From NCBI RefSeq assembly GCF_050320075.1, contig NZ_CP190018.1: 64,000 bases of DNA. One strand, written 5' to 3'. The notes below the pieces were generated by a model. It searched no databases and was not told where the DNA came from. It saw only the letters and a list, made by a program, of their open reading frames with translations. Of this stretch, positions 62,989 to 64,000 are shown piece by piece (within the stretch, counting starts at the first letter, position 1; each line of letters opens with the position of its first letter). The DNA is from Escherichia coli. GTDB lineage: Bacteria > Pseudomonadota > Gammaproteobacteria > Enterobacterales > Enterobacteriaceae. The position numbers and the translations under genes are program-made.

Positions 62989-63213
62989 ATGCATACAGTT
63001 TCTGAAAATCAGTGCGGTAAATACGCATTACTGCTGCAACAGGCCAGAACCGAAGCACAGGCCGACGCTGCGACGCGCTTTTCTTCTCATCTTGACGCCA
63101 TGATTCGCCATATCACAAAGGCGGAGTTATCCCGCGTGGAGATAGTCGAGCTGCTCAGTCAGGAGTCGGAAAAATTTCACAATATCGGATTGTCTCGCGG
63201 GGAGGTGCTTTGA
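62989..63213 (+). CDS. P2 early small protein (orf80-like)
   Basis: 74-aa ORF in the early operon. Confidence 0.5.
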   Translation: MHTVSENQCGKYALLLQQARTEAQADAATRFSSHLDAMIRHITKAELSRVEIVELLSQESEKFHNIGLSRGEVL

Positions 63214-63515
63214 TGTCCTGTTCTCATTCAGTTGTATTACTGAATAACGCCTTAAAAATCGCCGTTATGGAAAATGGTGATTTATCTCTTATTCAACTTT
63301 GTCTTGATAAAGAAAAACGCGACATAACTGAATCTGTTATCGCGATTTATCAGAATGAATTAAACCTCCTGTCTGATGTGGTCAATTTACTTGTTAAACG
63401 CGCGGTATTCCACAAGCAAATTTCCTCCGTGGATGAACTGACAAAATTAACGACAGAAATCGTCAGCTATTGCGCTGATGAATTTAAGAAACTGAACGAC
63501 AAAAGGAACTGGTAA
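63210..63515 (+). CDS. P2 early small protein (orf81-like)
   Basis: 101 aa. ATGA overlap with the previous ORF. Confidence 0.5.
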   Translation: MMSCSHSVVLLNNALKIAVMENGDLSLIQLCLDKEKRDITESVIAIYQNELNLLSDVVNLLVKRAVFHKQISSVDELTKLTTEIVSYCADEFKKLNDKRNW

Positions 63516-63739
63516 TGCCGGACAACGTAGATTTCATTCAGGAACAACAGGCTGAATTACTGGAGCGCCAGATTAACGCGGCAAGGGTAAAACATTGCGG
63601 TGTTTCTGCGCTGGTTTGCGAAGAGTGTGACGTGCCAATACCTGCTGCCCGTCGTGCGGCTTATCCGTCAGCCACGCGTTGTGTTTCCTGTCAGTCAGTC
63701 TTTGAAGCAAAAAACAAACATTACCGGAGAACGGCATGA
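63515..63739 (+). CDS. DksA/TraR-type C4 zinc-finger protein (orf82-like)
   Basis: 74 aa with CxxC...CxxC (CEECDV...CVSCQ). Confidence 0.65.
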   Translation: MPDNVDFIQEQQAELLERQINAARVKHCGVSALVCEECDVPIPAARRAAYPSATRCVSCQSVFEAKNKHYRRTA

Positions 63740-64000
63740 GTATTCGTATTGAAATTGGCGAACGTTATGTCGTTACCAGTGACAGCTTTCAGTTTATTCT
63801 CCACGAGAAAAAGAGAGCGGAAAGCGGTAAAAACGCCGGTCAGGAATGGCTGTCGGTGGTTGGTTATTACCCGAAATTAAGCCAGCTCGTTTCCGGCCTG
63901 ATGCATCACGATATTCTGACCGGAAGCGCAAAGTCTTTTGCTGATTTAAACGCGCAGGTTGAGCAACTCAGCAAGCGTTGTTCAGAGGCTTTTGGCTCAT
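63736..64000 (+). CDS. P2 early protein (orf83-like), 3'-truncated by window edge
   Basis: ATG at 63736 with ATGA overlap. Open to the window end. Confidence 0.5.
   Translation, partial: MSIRIEIGERYVVTSDSFQFILHEKKRAESGKNAGQEWLSVVGYYPKLSQLVSGLMHHDILTGSAKSFADLNAQVEQLSKRCSEAFGS

Larger units (their letters stand above)
60323..64000. mobile_element. P2-like prophage, left arm (continues beyond window)
   Basis: att core, int, C repressor, divergent cox, then B and small early orfs in P2 gene order. Confidence 0.85.

Overview
This window reads as an Escherichia coli chromosomal segment, colinear with the K-12 pbpG–yegR region but from a non-K-12 background. All gene names come from recalled protein sequence and synteny; no database search was run. 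Core content: pbpG (5' truncated), dld, bglX, the osmF-yehYXW ABC transporter, yohO, mlrA, btsSR, yehS, yehR, metG, mrp, the yehABCDE fimbrial cluster, rcnB-rcnA-rcnR, a TPP riboswitch with thiMD, yegXWVUT, fbaB, the gat operon with an intact gatR, yegS and yegR. Accessory content: an IS200-type element between fbaB and gatY, a P2-like prophage left arm (att core, int, C, cox, B) running off the 3' edge, and a ZorO/OrzO-like type I toxin-antitoxin module between yehK and yehL. The most interesting region is the uncharacterised yehQ-yehP-yehM-yehL / yehK / yehI / molR block on the minus strand (13.6-32.3 kb). Here it carries two intact tandem WGR-domain giant paralogs plus yehI, while the adjacent MoxR-ATPase operon has a frameshift in yehL and an in-frame amber codon in yehM. 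Hand-derived coordinates for small features may be off by 1-2 nt.
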